The notes below the pieces were generated by a model, which saw nothing but the letters and a program-made list of their open reading frames with translations, was not told the DNA's origin and made no database searches. From Minisyncoccia bacterium (GTDB lineage: Bacteria > Patescibacteriota > Minisyncoccia > Phycocordibacterales > DATDWN01): a DNA stretch of 64,000 nucleotides. The DNA is taken from contig JBAQUS010000011.1 in NCBI GenBank assembly GCA_049297675.1, forward strand, positions 459-64,458. Reading direction: 5' to 3'. A program made the position numbers and the translations under genes. Positions 1 to 9,640 of this stretch are shown piece after piece; positions within the stretch are counted from its first letter, which is position 1, and each line of letters opens with the position of its first letter.

Positions 1-2562
1 TTTCTCGTCAATCGAGCCAGAACGTTCTAACCAACCCTTACTTCCGTCAGCCTCAAGAACGATAAATTGATCGGAGTCCGACGAAACGGAGATACTAGAG
101 TTGTGAGTAGTAAACAAAAATTGCCGTGCGTGTTTGCTTATTCGTAGCTTTGAACAAATATCAGCCCAAATAGAAGGCACATCGAGAGCGTCTTCCGGCT
201 GGTCAATCACGACAGGCATACTCCCGTCTCCCAACGCAATCATTATCAAGGCGTCTGCCTTTTGACCCATAGAAAGTTCCGAGAGGGGGTAGTAATTCCC
301 GTCTTTTTTCTGATAAGAAATCTCAATGCGATCTTCGGGATAGCCTTTATACTGAAGGCATAAAGTCCCCAACAGATTTTCTGTCTCCATTAGCTCGTTA
401 ATTATATTTTCGGCTTTCTGCTCGGTAAGTTTAGCCACTTGAGAGAGCTTCTTAACGTTCCTGTCTAAAACCATCTCAACAAGATCGACGGGTGAAACTA
501 GACTCGCGATTTCTTCAACTTCTTTTTTCTCGGCGTGTGAGCCGACCTTCAATTTCTTGAGCAGTTGAATATAGGTCGCTTTATTATCTCCAGCCTGAAC
601 AACAATTTGTAGCTTCCCGCCTGATTTACCAGTGATGAGCTTTGCTTGATCTGATCTTTCCGTAAAGTATGCGGACTTTGTAGTTCCAAGTTTCGTCAAA
701 AGACCGCTTCGTTCCGTTCTAAGCGTAGAGTATGCTTTCGCAGCTTTTTGAGCGGCGGTAATCTTTGTATCCAAATCTTTCTTCTCTCCCATGAGTTTCT
801 TCCTATCAGTCTCAAGGCCTTCCTGTTTCTTTTGAAGTTTTATCTCGCCGTTATACTTTTTCTCAACTTGAGAATATTTATTAGTCTTTTCCCACGCTAT
901 TAAGTCAGCTTGCGACTTCTTCTTTGCTTTTCCGATTGCTTCGCGTTGCTTCTCCAACGCTACGACAACGGCAGTATAGCTATCGCTTATATTGGCTTCT
1001 ATAATTTCCAAAATCGCCTTCGGGGTTTTCTTACGGGTAGGAGTATTTTCACGAAAGTTGTTAATAGCTTCGTCCACACTCTCAAAGAGAGAGTCATATT
1101 CTTCAATCTTCCCCTCGATAGCCGACTTTTCTTCCGAGAGTTTTATATACTTTTCAGAAAATCCTTTTGCTCCCAACGCACCAAGGCTCGTTTTTAGTTT
1201 CTTAACTTTCTCCTCGACAGTTCCCTGTTGTTTAAGGAAAGAATCTAGGTTCGCTGATCCTTGGATAGCTTCATAGAGACTTCGGTCAAGGTTGCCTAAT
1301 TCCTGAATAATGCCGGAAACTTTATTCTGGTGTGATTCAAAGTCTCTAAAATTATCTAACAGGCGGAGTTGTGCTTCGGGGTCGCGAGTTATTTCTAGTA
1401 TCTCGTTTTGGCTATATATGAGCATGGGGAAAATAGAAGAAACATCGCCCTTAAACTCCTTGTCCGTAATTTTATTGAAGCACTTAATAGCAGAGGAGTA
1501 AGGGTCGCGGGGATTATCAAACGTCCGCGACAATTCATATTGTTCGCCGGAGGCGTCCTTAAAAACTACTTTAACTTCGCCGTTAATGCGGAGTTGTTTT
1601 TCCAACTTTTGCTTGTGATCCGACAGAAGGTCGTCATGGGGTTTGCGGTCAAAGGCAAACCGCAGAAACTCCACAATTAAAGACTTCCCCGTTCCAGTTC
1701 CTCCGATGACGCTATTCATGCTCGGACTAAAATCAATTTCTTGTCCGTCGAGAAACCCGCCCGTTATAGAGATTTTCTCTATTCTAGGGTGTTCGGGATT
1801 TATCTTTTCCGTTTCGTAGTCCTGAACAATACGACTGTCGGGGTCTTCAAAGCATTGCCGCAGAGATTCTATTGTCAGTTCGCCCATTCTGAAATAAGTG
1901 AAGCCACTTCCAATAGAGGCGAGGCAATGCCCTTTGTCGTCGGGACTCCTGTTGTCAGAAGATTTATATACGGCAAGTTTCCGCTGATAGGTAAGGTCTT
2001 GGCCGTTCAAATAATCTACCAGTCTCTTGCCCTCCGCTTTCTCAAAATCGCCCGATGTGGCTTCGACGGCTGATAGGTTTTTATTCTTCACTATATCGGT
2101 TCGCGGATTACCTTTTATGTCAGACAACGCCCCATGCGTTGAATTCGCATGAGCCAACACAGGTAAGCCTCCGGCGTCTCTAACTATGTCTACAACATCA
2201 GGGACGCTTTTCGAGGTTAGCGAATCTTCGCCTTTGCCTTTTATATCGAGCTTCCCCAAAACTTTCTGAAGGTCATCTTTTGTCTTGGAAGGATCGAAAA
2301 GAGCAATAACGTGTATAGAGCCATTTACCGATCCGCCACAAGATATTTCTACGCCCGGAAATATCGTGAATCCTTTTTTTCGAGCGGCTTCTTTGGCGGT
2401 ATCTATAAAATCAACTGTATTGTGATCCGTTATCGCGATAGCGTCTAAGCCAACCTTTTTGGCATGTTCAATTATCTTTTCAGCCGTAATCGCTTTATCG
2501 GTGAAATCATGTGAGGCCGGAGTGTGAACGTGAAGGTCTAGTTTTCTTAATATGAGGGACAT
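1..2562 (-). CDS. Partial (C-terminus off-window) PHP-domain phosphoesterase fused to an SMC/Rad50-like ABC ATPase; at least 854 aa visible
   Basis: Manual reverse-strand translation from ATG at 2562..2560 runs without a stop to position 1 in the frame that ends exactly at nt 1. It starts 11 nt after the res stop codon. N-terminus has PHP motifs (LDLHVHT..SHDF, AIAITDH, PGVEIS, HVIALF, PVLAHANS). Walker A is GGTGTGKS (rc of 1681..1740). A K/E-rich coiled coil follows, then ABC signature LSMGQK, Walker B VVIDQPEDALD and H-loop TTHNSS. Not in the ORF track because there is no in-window stop. Confidence 0.6.
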   Translation of the reverse strand, partial: MSLILRKLDLHVHTPASHDFTDKAITAEKIIEHAKKVGLDAIAITDHNTVDFIDTAKEAARKKGFTIFPGVEISCGGSVNGSIHVIALFDPSKTKDDLQKVLGKLDIKGKGEDSLTSKSVPDVVDIVRDAGGLPVLAHANSTHGALSDIKGNPRTDIVKNKNLSAVEATSGDFEKAEGKRLVDYLNGQDLTYQRKLAVYKSSDNRSPDDKGHCLASIGSGFTYFRMGELTIESLRQCFEDPDSRIVQDYETEKINPEHPRIEKISITGGFLDGQEIDFSPSMNSVIGGTGTGKSLIVEFLRFAFDRKPHDDLLSDHKQKLEKQLRINGEVKVVFKDASGEQYELSRTFDNPRDPYSSAIKCFNKITDKEFKGDVSSIFPMLIYSQNEILEITRDPEAQLRLLDNFRDFESHQNKVSGIIQELGNLDRSLYEAIQGSANLDSFLKQQGTVEEKVKKLKTSLGALGAKGFSEKYIKLSEEKSAIEGKIEEYDSLFESVDEAINNFRENTPTRKKTPKAILEIIEANISDSYTAVVVALEKQREAIGKAKKKSQADLIAWEKTNKYSQVEKKYNGEIKLQKKQEGLETDRKKLMGEKKDLDTKITAAQKAAKAYSTLRTERSGLLTKLGTTKSAYFTERSDQAKLITGKSGGKLQIVVQAGDNKATYIQLLKKLKVGSHAEKKEVEEIASLVSPVDLVEMVLDRNVKKLSQVAKLTEQKAENIINELMETENLLGTLCLQYKGYPEDRIEISYQKKDGNYYPLSELSMGQKADALIMIALGDGSMPVVIDQPEDALDVPSIWADICSKLRISKHARQFLFTTHNSSISVSSDSDQFIVLEADGSKGWLERSGSIDEK

Positions 2563-2573
2563 ACTTTGTAGGA

Positions 2574-5255
2574 TTATTTACTCCAACCGCGTATAACTTC
2601 TTGGAAGTTTCGGGGCTTCTGTTGTTGCTTCTCCCAATCTTCCTGCTTTATGTATAGCATTTCGTAAGTAGCGTTTTTCTGACTGGCGTTCACATCAACA
2701 CACCACTGTTCGAGACGCTTTATCTTTTCCACGTCGTCCAAGTCCTCACGGCCTTTCGTCTCCACAATGTAATACTCCTTTGGCGACACTTTTACAATAA
2801 AGTCGGGATAGTAGTCGGAGATATTCCCGTCGGCATTTTTATAGTCAATTTTGAAGTGAACCGCAAAGTAGTTTTTGACGTATGAAATTATGTCGTCGCA
2901 ACCCTCAAGAAAACTTGCGAACTCAAGTTCAAAATGACTATCGCCAATAATCTTATTGAAGATACTCTTTTTAGGAACGATATAACCCTGATCCTTCACT
3001 ACGAACGGACGGCTCTTGCTGATTTTTATATAGTCCCTGATTTCAGCTTCTCCCTTGTCCAATACAGTCAGAGTGTTTATCTCTTTTTTGAATGTCTCAA
3101 AAATTGTCCGCGAAGCCTCAATCTCTGACAAGTTGCGAAGTGAGTTTAAGTTATCAAGCTCAATACTCTTATCGAATAGTTGGTTTTGAATAAACTCCTT
3201 CACTTTTTCATAGAGAATATCATAACCGCTAACCAAGCGTAGCTCCTTCATAACACTTTGCGTGAAGTAGCCGACGACGCTTTGATAGTTCGGCACAAAA
3301 TTGCTATCCAGTTCTGTTTTATGAGTTATATCTCCGCTCGAAATATCGCGGAAAACAATCTCTCTTTTTTCTTCTTCGGAAAATTCTTTTAGTAGAATTT
3401 TCTTATGACCGAATTTTGCTACGTTAAGCTCCGAGAGATTTTTATATTCACGATATATTCTTGGCGTGAGAACGGGAATCTCAATATCCAGTTTCTCAAT
3501 GTCCTTTTTCATATTCTCCCGATCAACCTCAACGACAAGAGGGCTTTTTGGTCCTGAACCTTCACCCATTTTCTTGTGTTCAAGTTCAACGCCCTCGCTT
3601 TTGATGGACTCCACAAAGTCCATAAATGCGTCCGTGCCGACTACGCTAACAAGCTCCGGTAAGTTAGGGTCGCGATACATACGACGCAAGCCACGGCCAA
3701 GCGTTTGTTCGGGGAGAATGTTGCTTTGTGCGGTATAGGCACGCAAGCCGACAATCGTAGTAACATTCCGCACGTCCCAACCTTCTTTAAGCATAAGCAC
3801 CGAGACAATCGCTTTATGTGGACTCTCCAAACGATCTATCTCGTTCGCGGCCTTACGCAATATTTTCAATTCTTCTTCCTTCTTTCCGGTAACGCTCTCC
3901 GAAATATCTCCGTTGTCTTTGGTATGAATAACAAGCACCGCGTCCTTTAACTCCGAATATGTATTTTCGAGATACTTGGCGACTTCATCACAGTTCTTTG
4001 TATCGTCAGTCATAAGGAACAGCACGGCTTTTTTGTTGAGCTTGATATGCTCGTCATAAACCTTTTTCCACTCCAAATAACCGAGATGAATATAGTCCTT
4101 ATATTTTTCCGTGAAGTTAGAGCTTTTATGCTCCTGTAATTTCGCCCGACTCGCCAAATCGGGAAGGACGGGATGTTTTACCACATCTTGATGTATTGCT
4201 TCCACAAGCGGGTAATCGCTTGTCGTTTGAACAAAGATAGAGCCGTTGGTATGTTTCGGTGTAGCCGTAACGTCCACCTGTAAACTCAACTGATCGCCTT
4301 TCATTTTGAGGCGATTATGAATGTCCTCAATTGCTTTGAACCAAGCCATTCGCGGGTCGTGGATATGATGAGCTTCGTCGTTTAGCACAACCAGCTCATC
4401 TATATTACGGACAATATCGCCAAGATCGAGCTTCGATTCATTCGTCGCTCCGGCTGGCTTGTCGCCGAGAAAATAACTCGATGTATCTTGGTCTTCAAAA
4501 CTTGCCGATTCAATCGCTCCCTCATAGACGCGATGAATGTTCGTGAGAAAAATATTTCCAGTTTTTCTCACAGTTCCTATCTCGTCCTGAATATGAAGCG
4601 TTGCCTGAAAATCATCTCGCCAATTTTTCCCATCGTAGCCGTTGTCGGGAAGCACGGGGTCTTCAAAAAAGATTTTTAGTCCATCAAAATCAGCACGAAT
4701 ACGATCAAGGACAATAATGTTCGGCGTGATAACTAAGAAATTGCGAGCGAGTTTTGAATCTTCCTCATAGAGTTTGTGAAAGTAGCACCACGCTAAAATT
4801 AAACTCAATACTTTCGTTTTTCCTGAACCAGTCGCCATTTTTACGACATACCGCGTCCAGTCCTCATCAAACATTCCTGCTGAAATCGCTCCCGAACTGT
4901 CAAAACGAATCAGGTCATATTTGTCTCTCGCTTTAGCAACGTCGTAAAGCCAGACGATAGTTTCCACCGCTTCGCGTTGAGCGAAGTAATACTGAAATAA
5001 AAATACTTCTCCGTCCGATGTTTCCATCGGGTGATCTTTTAAGAACCACCAATTCAATAGGGCTTTACTTGTTTCGCTCGCTCCCTTATATCCCGTAAGC
5101 CGCCACTCTTTTACCTTCTTGCGAAGTTCCGCAACGAGCGGCGGGAGCAGTTTCTCATACCCCTTTTCCCGCAAATTCTCGTCAGCCGGAAACCAACGGA
5201 TTGCCGGATCGAGAATTTCATAAGGCGACTTGGGGAATTTTTGATGTAAAGCCAT
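2574..5255 (-). CDS. res: Type III restriction enzyme Res subunit (SF2 helicase with C-terminal PD-(D/E)xK nuclease)
   Basis: 893 aa. Helicase motif I MATGSGKTKV and DEAH-like LNDEAHHI. C-terminal PDFIVK..ETKG nuclease motif. Translationally coupled downstream of mod. Confidence 0.8.
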   Translation of the reverse strand: MALHQKFPKSPYEILDPAIRWFPADENLREKGYEKLLPPLVAELRKKVKEWRLTGYKGASETSKALLNWWFLKDHPMETSDGEVFLFQYYFAQREAVETIVWLYDVAKARDKYDLIRFDSSGAISAGMFDEDWTRYVVKMATGSGKTKVLSLILAWCYFHKLYEEDSKLARNFLVITPNIIVLDRIRADFDGLKIFFEDPVLPDNGYDGKNWRDDFQATLHIQDEIGTVRKTGNIFLTNIHRVYEGAIESASFEDQDTSSYFLGDKPAGATNESKLDLGDIVRNIDELVVLNDEAHHIHDPRMAWFKAIEDIHNRLKMKGDQLSLQVDVTATPKHTNGSIFVQTTSDYPLVEAIHQDVVKHPVLPDLASRAKLQEHKSSNFTEKYKDYIHLGYLEWKKVYDEHIKLNKKAVLFLMTDDTKNCDEVAKYLENTYSELKDAVLVIHTKDNGDISESVTGKKEEELKILRKAANEIDRLESPHKAIVSVLMLKEGWDVRNVTTIVGLRAYTAQSNILPEQTLGRGLRRMYRDPNLPELVSVVGTDAFMDFVESIKSEGVELEHKKMGEGSGPKSPLVVEVDRENMKKDIEKLDIEIPVLTPRIYREYKNLSELNVAKFGHKKILLKEFSEEEKREIVFRDISSGDITHKTELDSNFVPNYQSVVGYFTQSVMKELRLVSGYDILYEKVKEFIQNQLFDKSIELDNLNSLRNLSEIEASRTIFETFKKEINTLTVLDKGEAEIRDYIKISKSRPFVVKDQGYIVPKKSIFNKIIGDSHFELEFASFLEGCDDIISYVKNYFAVHFKIDYKNADGNISDYYPDFIVKVSPKEYYIVETKGREDLDDVEKIKRLEQWCVDVNASQKNATYEMLYIKQEDWEKQQQKPRNFQEVIRGWSK

Positions 5256-5259
5256 AAGT

Positions 5260-7356
5260 TTATACTGTTACCTCAATTACTTTCATCGTGTCGTTGCCGA
5301 ATATATCAACCACCTTCACAGCTACCTTGCGTTTGCCTGAATTGACCTCAACGGACGAGCTGATAAGTTCCAAGTCCCGTTTCTTTTTTGTGCGAAAGTC
5401 CTGCCACTCGTTCTCAAAGATATAATCGCCAGTCCAGCGTTCCTCGACTTCGCCCGTCTGCTCGTTCTTTACGCGGATAGTTTCTTTTTTGCTTTCGAAA
5501 TTGAAATCCACCGCCCAATAATCTATCCAGTCAGTCCACTTTTTCGTAAGAACTTCGCGACTCGTAACGCCGTCCTTGTCTTTGGCGATTTTGATAATTT
5601 GCCCGTTCTCAACCAAGAGCTTTTTACCACCCGCTTTCAGATTTTCTTCAACTTCCTTTATTGAGTCCTGATTGTAGAAAACTGAAAAATCGGTAAGCTC
5701 GATTGCGATAGTTTTTTTCTTCACAATCGGCTTAACCTCAATATACGAGACATCGTGGAAAACGACTTGATTCTTTTCTATCGCTCTCTTATCAAATACT
5801 TCGCGGGGAATGTATTTGAGAGCAAGATCAACCCCTTTGCTTTTCGCTTCTTCCTGAATTTTCGGGAACAATCCCATCTCAAATTCAAAGGCGAGAATAT
5901 CAACCTTTGTTATTTGCTTTTCAATACATTCGTTGATAACCGCCTCAACAAACAGACGCGAGGCAGGCAAATTGATAGGGCCTATGGAAACAAGACGAGA
6001 ACTTTTCTTGCCGTGAAATGTTTTGAATCCTGCCGTTGCTTCCGCCTTGTATGCGGAGAGTATCAAAGATACAAAATCTTTTTCCTTTTGGGCTATTTGC
6101 TTTACTTTTTCTTCTTCTCGTAAATTCGGATTTATACCTACATAATGTTGCCTCTCATACTTACCAAGATTGAGGATCTCAAACGCCCGATAATTTTTAT
6201 TATCTTTTTTCAATTGCCTTTGAACGTCTATCATTCTTTTGCGAGTAGTGTGTATTCCGAACTTTCCAAGGTCAGAGCCTATCCATTTTCTTCCTAATTT
6301 TTCTGCAACGGCAAGAGTCGTGCCAGAACCACAAAAAAAGTCAGCGACAATATTCCCCTCATTAGAAGAAGCTTTGATAATACGTTCCAATAAGGCTTCT
6401 GGCTTTTGAGTGTCATAACCAGTATCATCATTAGCCATTGAATTTAAACGCGGAATTTCCCACATGCTTCCAACTTTTCTTTCCTTAGATTCGTAATACA
6501 CGACTTTCCCACTTTCATCTTTCACAGTGACAGTTTTTCTTGCAACTGGATCCCATGTGATTTTATTTTGTTTTCTAGGTTTTTCTAGGGGGATAGATTG
6601 ATGGTAAAAAATATAATTTTTACTTTTTGAATACAATAATATACTCTCGGTGTCTCGTGGGAAATTGCGTGCGAATCCGAATTGCAGTTTATTACGATAG
6701 AACCAAGTTATTTGATTGACTAAATTTTCTTTTCCAAAAATCTCGTCAAGTAATAATTTAGTATAGGCATTAACATCGCCCCCGATATGCACATAAATGC
6801 TCCCGTCATCAGCAAGCAAATCTCTCATTAAAACTAACCTTTCATACATCATCGCAATCCAACTATCAGTTCCTTTACCCCAAGTGTCCCGATACGCAAG
6901 CTCCTCAAGCACGTTTGGTTTCTTAGTAAATTCCTCTCCACCAATTTCAATATTCATTGAAAAATCAGCGCCCACATCAAACGGAGGATCAATATAAATA
7001 AGTTTGATTCCTCCCTGTTCTTCAATCTCTTGTCGCAACGGCCCATTCTTTAAGGAAGAAAGAATTAGCTTGTTATCTCCCCAAATAAGTTTATTTGTCC
7101 AACCTGAAATCTGTCGGCCACCTTCTCCAAAAAGTAATCCTTGAACCTCTCTTGTTTTTTCAAAACGCGGCTCATCTACTTGCTCAATAACTTGAAACGG
7201 CAAAACCGTATTCGTTACCTCGCTTGTCTTTCCATTCCATACAAGCTCTACTTCTTGTTTCTCCTCAAATAATAAAAAACGATATTTGTCGGGCAAGGGT
7301 TTACCTGCCTCAATATATTTCTGAATATCTCTTTTTTCGTTGTCGCTTAGATACAT
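5260..7356 (-). CDS. mod: Type III Mod DNA methyltransferase (beta-class N6A/N4C MTase), long C-terminal extension
   Basis: 698 aa. Motif IV IYIDPPF precedes motif I FFCGSGTT, the beta-class order typical of Type III Mod. 4-nt gaps to the HTH gene upstream and res downstream. Confidence 0.75.
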   Translation of the reverse strand: MYLSDNEKRDIQKYIEAGKPLPDKYRFLLFEEKQEVELVWNGKTSEVTNTVLPFQVIEQVDEPRFEKTREVQGLLFGEGGRQISGWTNKLIWGDNKLILSSLKNGPLRQEIEEQGGIKLIYIDPPFDVGADFSMNIEIGGEEFTKKPNVLEELAYRDTWGKGTDSWIAMMYERLVLMRDLLADDGSIYVHIGGDVNAYTKLLLDEIFGKENLVNQITWFYRNKLQFGFARNFPRDTESILLYSKSKNYIFYHQSIPLEKPRKQNKITWDPVARKTVTVKDESGKVVYYESKERKVGSMWEIPRLNSMANDDTGYDTQKPEALLERIIKASSNEGNIVADFFCGSGTTLAVAEKLGRKWIGSDLGKFGIHTTRKRMIDVQRQLKKDNKNYRAFEILNLGKYERQHYVGINPNLREEEKVKQIAQKEKDFVSLILSAYKAEATAGFKTFHGKKSSRLVSIGPINLPASRLFVEAVINECIEKQITKVDILAFEFEMGLFPKIQEEAKSKGVDLALKYIPREVFDKRAIEKNQVVFHDVSYIEVKPIVKKKTIAIELTDFSVFYNQDSIKEVEENLKAGGKKLLVENGQIIKIAKDKDGVTSREVLTKKWTDWIDYWAVDFNFESKKETIRVKNEQTGEVEERWTGDYIFENEWQDFRTKKKRDLELISSSVEVNSGKRKVAVKVVDIFGNDTMKVIEVTV

Positions 7357-7360
7357 AAAT

Positions 7361-7567
7361 TTATTTGATTAAGTCTTCAATCGGAACGCCAAGTGCTTTT
7401 GCGAGCCGTTCAATGTTTTTCAAAGCCATATTCCGCACACCCCGTTCAATACCGCTTATATAAGTCGAGTGAACGCCTAAAACTTTGGCGAGATCGGCTT
7501 GCGACATCTGTTTTTTGAGTCTAATTTCTCTAACTTTTTTTCCAAACTTGGCTGATATATCTGTCAT
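7361..7567 (-). CDS. XRE-family helix-turn-helix regulator, candidate controller (C) protein of the R-M operon
   Basis: 68 aa. Classic HTH_XRE sequence ([26 protein letters not shown]). First gene of the HTH-mod-res-PHP/ATPase operon. Confidence 0.7.
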   Translation of the reverse strand: MTDISAKFGKKVREIRLKKQMSQADLAKVLGVHSTYISGIERGVRNMALKNIERLAKALGVPIEDLIK

Positions 7568-7646
7568 AAAATCATATTACACCCCTTGCGTGCATTCTAT
7601 CAGATATTGTAATATAGTTCTATGTAGAATTATCATTCTACCCTAT
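7568..7646. promoter_or_regulatory. Divergent promoter/operator region between the HTH-mod-res operon and the recombinase gene
   Basis: 79-bp gap between divergent genes. Contains palindrome TAGAATtatcATTCTA (6-4-6) and other dyad symmetry (attcta..tagaat). Candidate C-protein operator. Confidence 0.3.
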
Positions 7647-9200
7647 ATGTCTAAATACTTTCTTTACGTCAGAAAAAGCACCGATGTTGAAGACAAACAA
7701 GTCCTCTCCATTGAAAGCCAACTCGCTGAATTGCGGGCACTCGCTAAACATGAGAATCTTTCCATCTCGGACGAGTTTATCGAAAAGCGTTCAGCAAAAA
7801 TGCCCGGTCGCCCGATCTTCAACGATATGCTCCGCCGCATACAGACGGGCGAAACACAGGGCATTATTTGTTGGAAAGTAGACCGCTTGGCTCGCAACCC
7901 CGTGGACGGCGGACAGATTCAATGGCTTCTTCAACAAGGCGTGATCCAACACATTCAAACACACGACCGAAGCCATTATCCAAACGATAATGTTTTGATG
8001 ATGTCCGTCGAGTTAGGTATGGCGAACGAATATATCCGACAACTAAGTGCGAACACCGCACGCGGGCTAAGGCAGAAAGCACGGCAGGGGGATTTCCCCG
8101 GCCTTGCCCCGCTTGGCTACATCAACAATTCCAACATCAAGAAAATTGCCGTCCATCGCAAAAATGCGAAACTCGTTAAGAAAATGTTTGAACTTTACGC
8201 AACGGGAAGTGTCCGTCTTGAAAATCTTTCCTTGGTTTTGGAACAGGCGGGTATCCAGTCCAAAAATAAAAATCGCGTTCATATCTCGCGAATATCAAAT
8301 ATTCTCTCTAACCCGATTTATTACGGACACTTCCGCCACGCAGGGGAAATATACGAGGGCAAGCACGAGCCGATAATCACTAAAGACCTCTTTGATAGGG
8401 CTAATGCCGTCTTGCGAGGCAGAGGCCGTACCCCCGACAAGAAAACCGACCCAAGGCCTTTTTGTGGCCTCCTGTCGTGTGGGAGTTGCGGTATGGGGAT
8501 AACGGGAGAGATAAAGATAAAGAGGCAGAAGAACGGCAACACCCATCGCTATGTTTATTACCATTGCACTAAGAAAAATAAGACGCAGAAATGCCCTGAA
8601 CCCTGTATCCGAGCGGAGGAGTTAGACCGCCAGTTGTCGGTCATGCTTACCGAATACACTATGCCGAAAGAATGGGTAGCCCCACTTTCCGCCATGCTCG
8701 ACAAAGAGGAACACGACACTAAAAATTCCGCGTCGGGGGCTGTTCAAGAAATGCGGGGGCAAGTCATAGACTTTTCCCGCAACCTCGCCCGACTTACCGA
8801 TGTCTATGTTGCACAAGACATAGAGCGAGATGACTACCTTGAGAGGCGTCGTTCGCTTATGTCCGAGAAGAAGTCCGTCGAGGAGCAAATAGCCCGTCTT
8901 GAACATACCCCCTCCGCGTGGATCGAACCGACCCGAGACTGGATTAAAGACGCTTCCATACTGGAAGAAGTAGCAAAAACAGACGACCTCCCCTCCAAAA
9001 AAATCTCCCTCCAAAAAATCTTCGGCTCGAACCTCACCTTAAAAAAACGCGGAGCGTTCGGAATTGCCCAAAACCATTGGCTTTCTTTGGCGAACGCCAA
9101 AGAAAAAATTTCTAAAAATGACCTTAGTTTAATTCTGGTGCGTCCAGCAGGAATCGAACCTGCGACCCTCTCCTTAAAAGGGAGTTGCTCTACCGACTGA
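7647..9200 (+). CDS. Large serine recombinase (resolvase/invertase N-domain, recombinase domain, zinc ribbon, coiled coil)
   Basis: Catalytic region YVRKSTDVEDKQ..SIESQ and DRLARN. Zinc ribbon CGLLSCGSCG..YYHC. The track ORF starts at 7485, but the N-extension overlaps the HTH gene and promoter; the first Met followed by the resolvase fold is at 7647. The last 21 codons are antisense to tRNA-Lys. Confidence 0.8.
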   Translation: MSKYFLYVRKSTDVEDKQVLSIESQLAELRALAKHENLSISDEFIEKRSAKMPGRPIFNDMLRRIQTGETQGIICWKVDRLARNPVDGGQIQWLLQQGVIQHIQTHDRSHYPNDNVLMMSVELGMANEYIRQLSANTARGLRQKARQGDFPGLAPLGYINNSNIKKIAVHRKNAKLVKKMFELYATGSVRLENLSLVLEQAGIQSKNKNRVHISRISNILSNPIYYGHFRHAGEIYEGKHEPIITKDLFDRANAVLRGRGRTPDKKTDPRPFCGLLSCGSCGMGITGEIKIKRQKNGNTHRYVYYHCTKKNKTQKCPEPCIRAEELDRQLSVMLTEYTMPKEWVAPLSAMLDKEEHDTKNSASGAVQEMRGQVIDFSRNLARLTDVYVAQDIERDDYLERRRSLMSEKKSVEEQIARLEHTPSAWIEPTRDWIKDASILEEVAKTDDLPSKKISLQKIFGSNLTLKKRGAFGIAQNHWLSLANAKEKISKNDLSLILVRPAGIEPATLSLKGSCSTD

Positions 9201-9211
9201 GCTATGGACGC
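9136..9211 (-). tRNA. tRNA-Lys (anticodon UUU), 76 nt with encoded CCA
   Basis: rc gives GCGTCCATAGCTCAGTCGGTAGAGCAACTCCCTTTTAAGGAGAGGGTCGCAGGTTCGATTCCTGCTGGACGCACCA. Cloverleaf folds with a 7-bp acceptor, D-arm GCTC/GAGC, anticodon loop CTTTTAA and T-loop TTCGATT. Near-identical in layout to E. coli tRNA-Lys. Confidence 0.85.
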
Positions 9212-9390
9212 AAAATACTTATGGAATATAACAGAAAAAAGTATCCTTAGCAAAAAATAAAATTGACTTCAAGACTATTTATCTTATTTTTTACTATACT
9301 AGTCATTAACATATTTAAATTTTGTCAATCTTGACTAATACCTTTTAAAAGACAAATGTACACTGATACCTAAGTTGTTTTAAAAAGAAT

Positions 9391-9470
9391 CCGGAAGTGG
9401 ACACCATATCCCCTGCGTAAGCAGGGTCAGTTTCCCAATTTGGTGTCCGCTCCCGGATTTTTTTGTTTTT
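9391..9470. terminator. Long hairpin flanked by A-run upstream and T-run downstream; candidate bidirectional intrinsic terminator
   Basis: Outer stem ccggaagtggacacc / ggtgtccgctcccgg with nested inner hairpin ccctgc-gtaa-gcaggg. Followed by atttttttgttttt and preceded by ttttaaaaag. Confidence 0.5.
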
Positions 9471-9581
9471 AGTTTGTTCTCGAGTAGCAAAACTCTCAAA
9501 TAAGCATTGACAGACAATTGACATTATATCATAGACACTATTCACACTTGTTATGCAGACGAGACGAGTGCTAGAATCTTA

Positions 9582-9640
9582 CTGCCAAACTCGTAAGGGT
9601 TGTTCGAGGGGAAACCGAACAGGCAGATAGAATTTTTTCT
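9582..9640 (+). terminator. Hairpin plus T-run; possible 3' end of a short sRNA
   Basis: Stem ctgcc..ggcag enclosing gttcg-aggggaaac-cgaac. Followed by atagaattttttct. Confidence 0.35.

Noticed and set aside
910-2073. Five short plus-strand ORFs (910..1197, 992..1276, 1310..1501, 1408..1680, 1741..2073) from the ORF track
   Set aside because: All lie antisense within the long uninterrupted minus-strand reading frame of the PHP/ABC-ATPase gene and have low-complexity, non-protein-like sequences.
7485-7646. Upstream extension of the recombinase ORF (track start 7485)
   Set aside because: The extension overlaps the opposite-strand HTH gene and the divergent promoter. The resolvase catalytic fold begins right after Met at 7647 (MSKYFLYVRKST).
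8834-9253. 139-aa minus-strand ORF overlapping the recombinase 3' end and tRNA-Lys
   Set aside because: Antisense to a well-supported recombinase and contains the tRNA sequence itself. No protein-like features.
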